Positions 63,636-64,000 of a stretch of DNA of 64,000 bases are shown piece after piece. The notes beneath the pieces are model-generated. The model did not search any database, had not been told where the DNA came from, and saw only the letters and a list, made by a program, of their open reading frames with translations. Position numbers and translations under genes: made by a program. Each line of letters opens with the position of its first letter. Positions within the stretch are counted from its first letter, which is position 1. Source of the stretch: Ramazzottius varieornatus (taxonomy: Eukaryota > Animalia > Tardigrada); NCBI GenBank assembly GCA_001949185.1, contig BDGG01000004.1, forward strand, positions 1,947,620-2,011,619, written 5' to 3'.

Positions 63636-64000
63636 TCTTCGTAAAGAGTCTAATTTCAGATGACGTTATTCGCTGTGTGAAAGATGACCTGGTCTTTTCC
63701 AAAAGTGATGGTCGGTGAGTGACGGCCAGTGTTCCGCCCCAGTGCCCCGGATCTCTTCGAGAGTTTTGATGTGACGAAAAGTTTTCGGTTTTTTGTTTCA
63801 ATTGTCTTAGTTCCGTATGTTTTCCAAAAGAAAGTGCCTTGCAGCTTCGATGTAATAAAGAATCTGAGTTTCGTGTAAACTGATAAGATTATTTGGATAT
63901 GGACACAGAGTACACAGTGAAACCACTGACCCTTCCAGACAGGTTAAATCTCTCCTCTAATCTCTCTGACCCTTTCATGATGGCGCTGCAGGTGTGTCGG

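Noticed and set aside
1-64000. tRNA, rRNA, snoRNA, CRISPR arrays, transposase or horizontally acquired bacterial genes
   Set aside because: None recognised by eye and all genes are intron-containing metazoan types; tRNAscan-SE and Infernal would be needed to exclude small RNAs.

Overview
This is a gene-dense, intron-rich animal genomic window, not a prokaryotic one, so the ORF track shows only exon fragments. Introns are mostly about 55-100 nt GT-AG and there are many microexons. Chitin-binding genes, arthropod-type nAChRs, a C2A-containing Unc13, NEIL1 and DFFA point to a compact-genome ecdysozoan (tardigrade-like; taxon is inference). Manual splicing supports 16 protein genes: Gyc88E-like atypical soluble guanylyl cyclase (partial), a secreted CBM14 + disordered RGPP-repeat protein, a CBM14 + chitin deacetylase-like protein, SZRD1, an orphan disordered protein, WDR24, NEIL1, TTC36, DFFA/ICAD, GPATCH3, three clustered nAChR subunits (one non-alpha, two alpha), a mitochondrial-clan CYP, a trunk/PTTH/noggin-family cystine-knot prohormone, and unc-13. 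Small inverted-repeat elements and an 84-nt intronic hairpin are also present. The main leads are: (1) a candidate neuroendocrine block of nAChR trio, CYP, PTTH/trunk-like hormone and unc-13; (2) NEIL1 with a ~200-aa tail ending in an HMGN/Dsup-type RRSxRL motif; (3) a beta subunit lacking the 9' Leu gate; (4) frame-preserving 9-nt microexons carrying the loop-A Tyr of both alpha subunits, and another in unc-13. No rRNA, tRNA, CRISPR or transposase ORF was recognised. Exon boundaries were read by eye, and family alignments are from memory rather than database searches.
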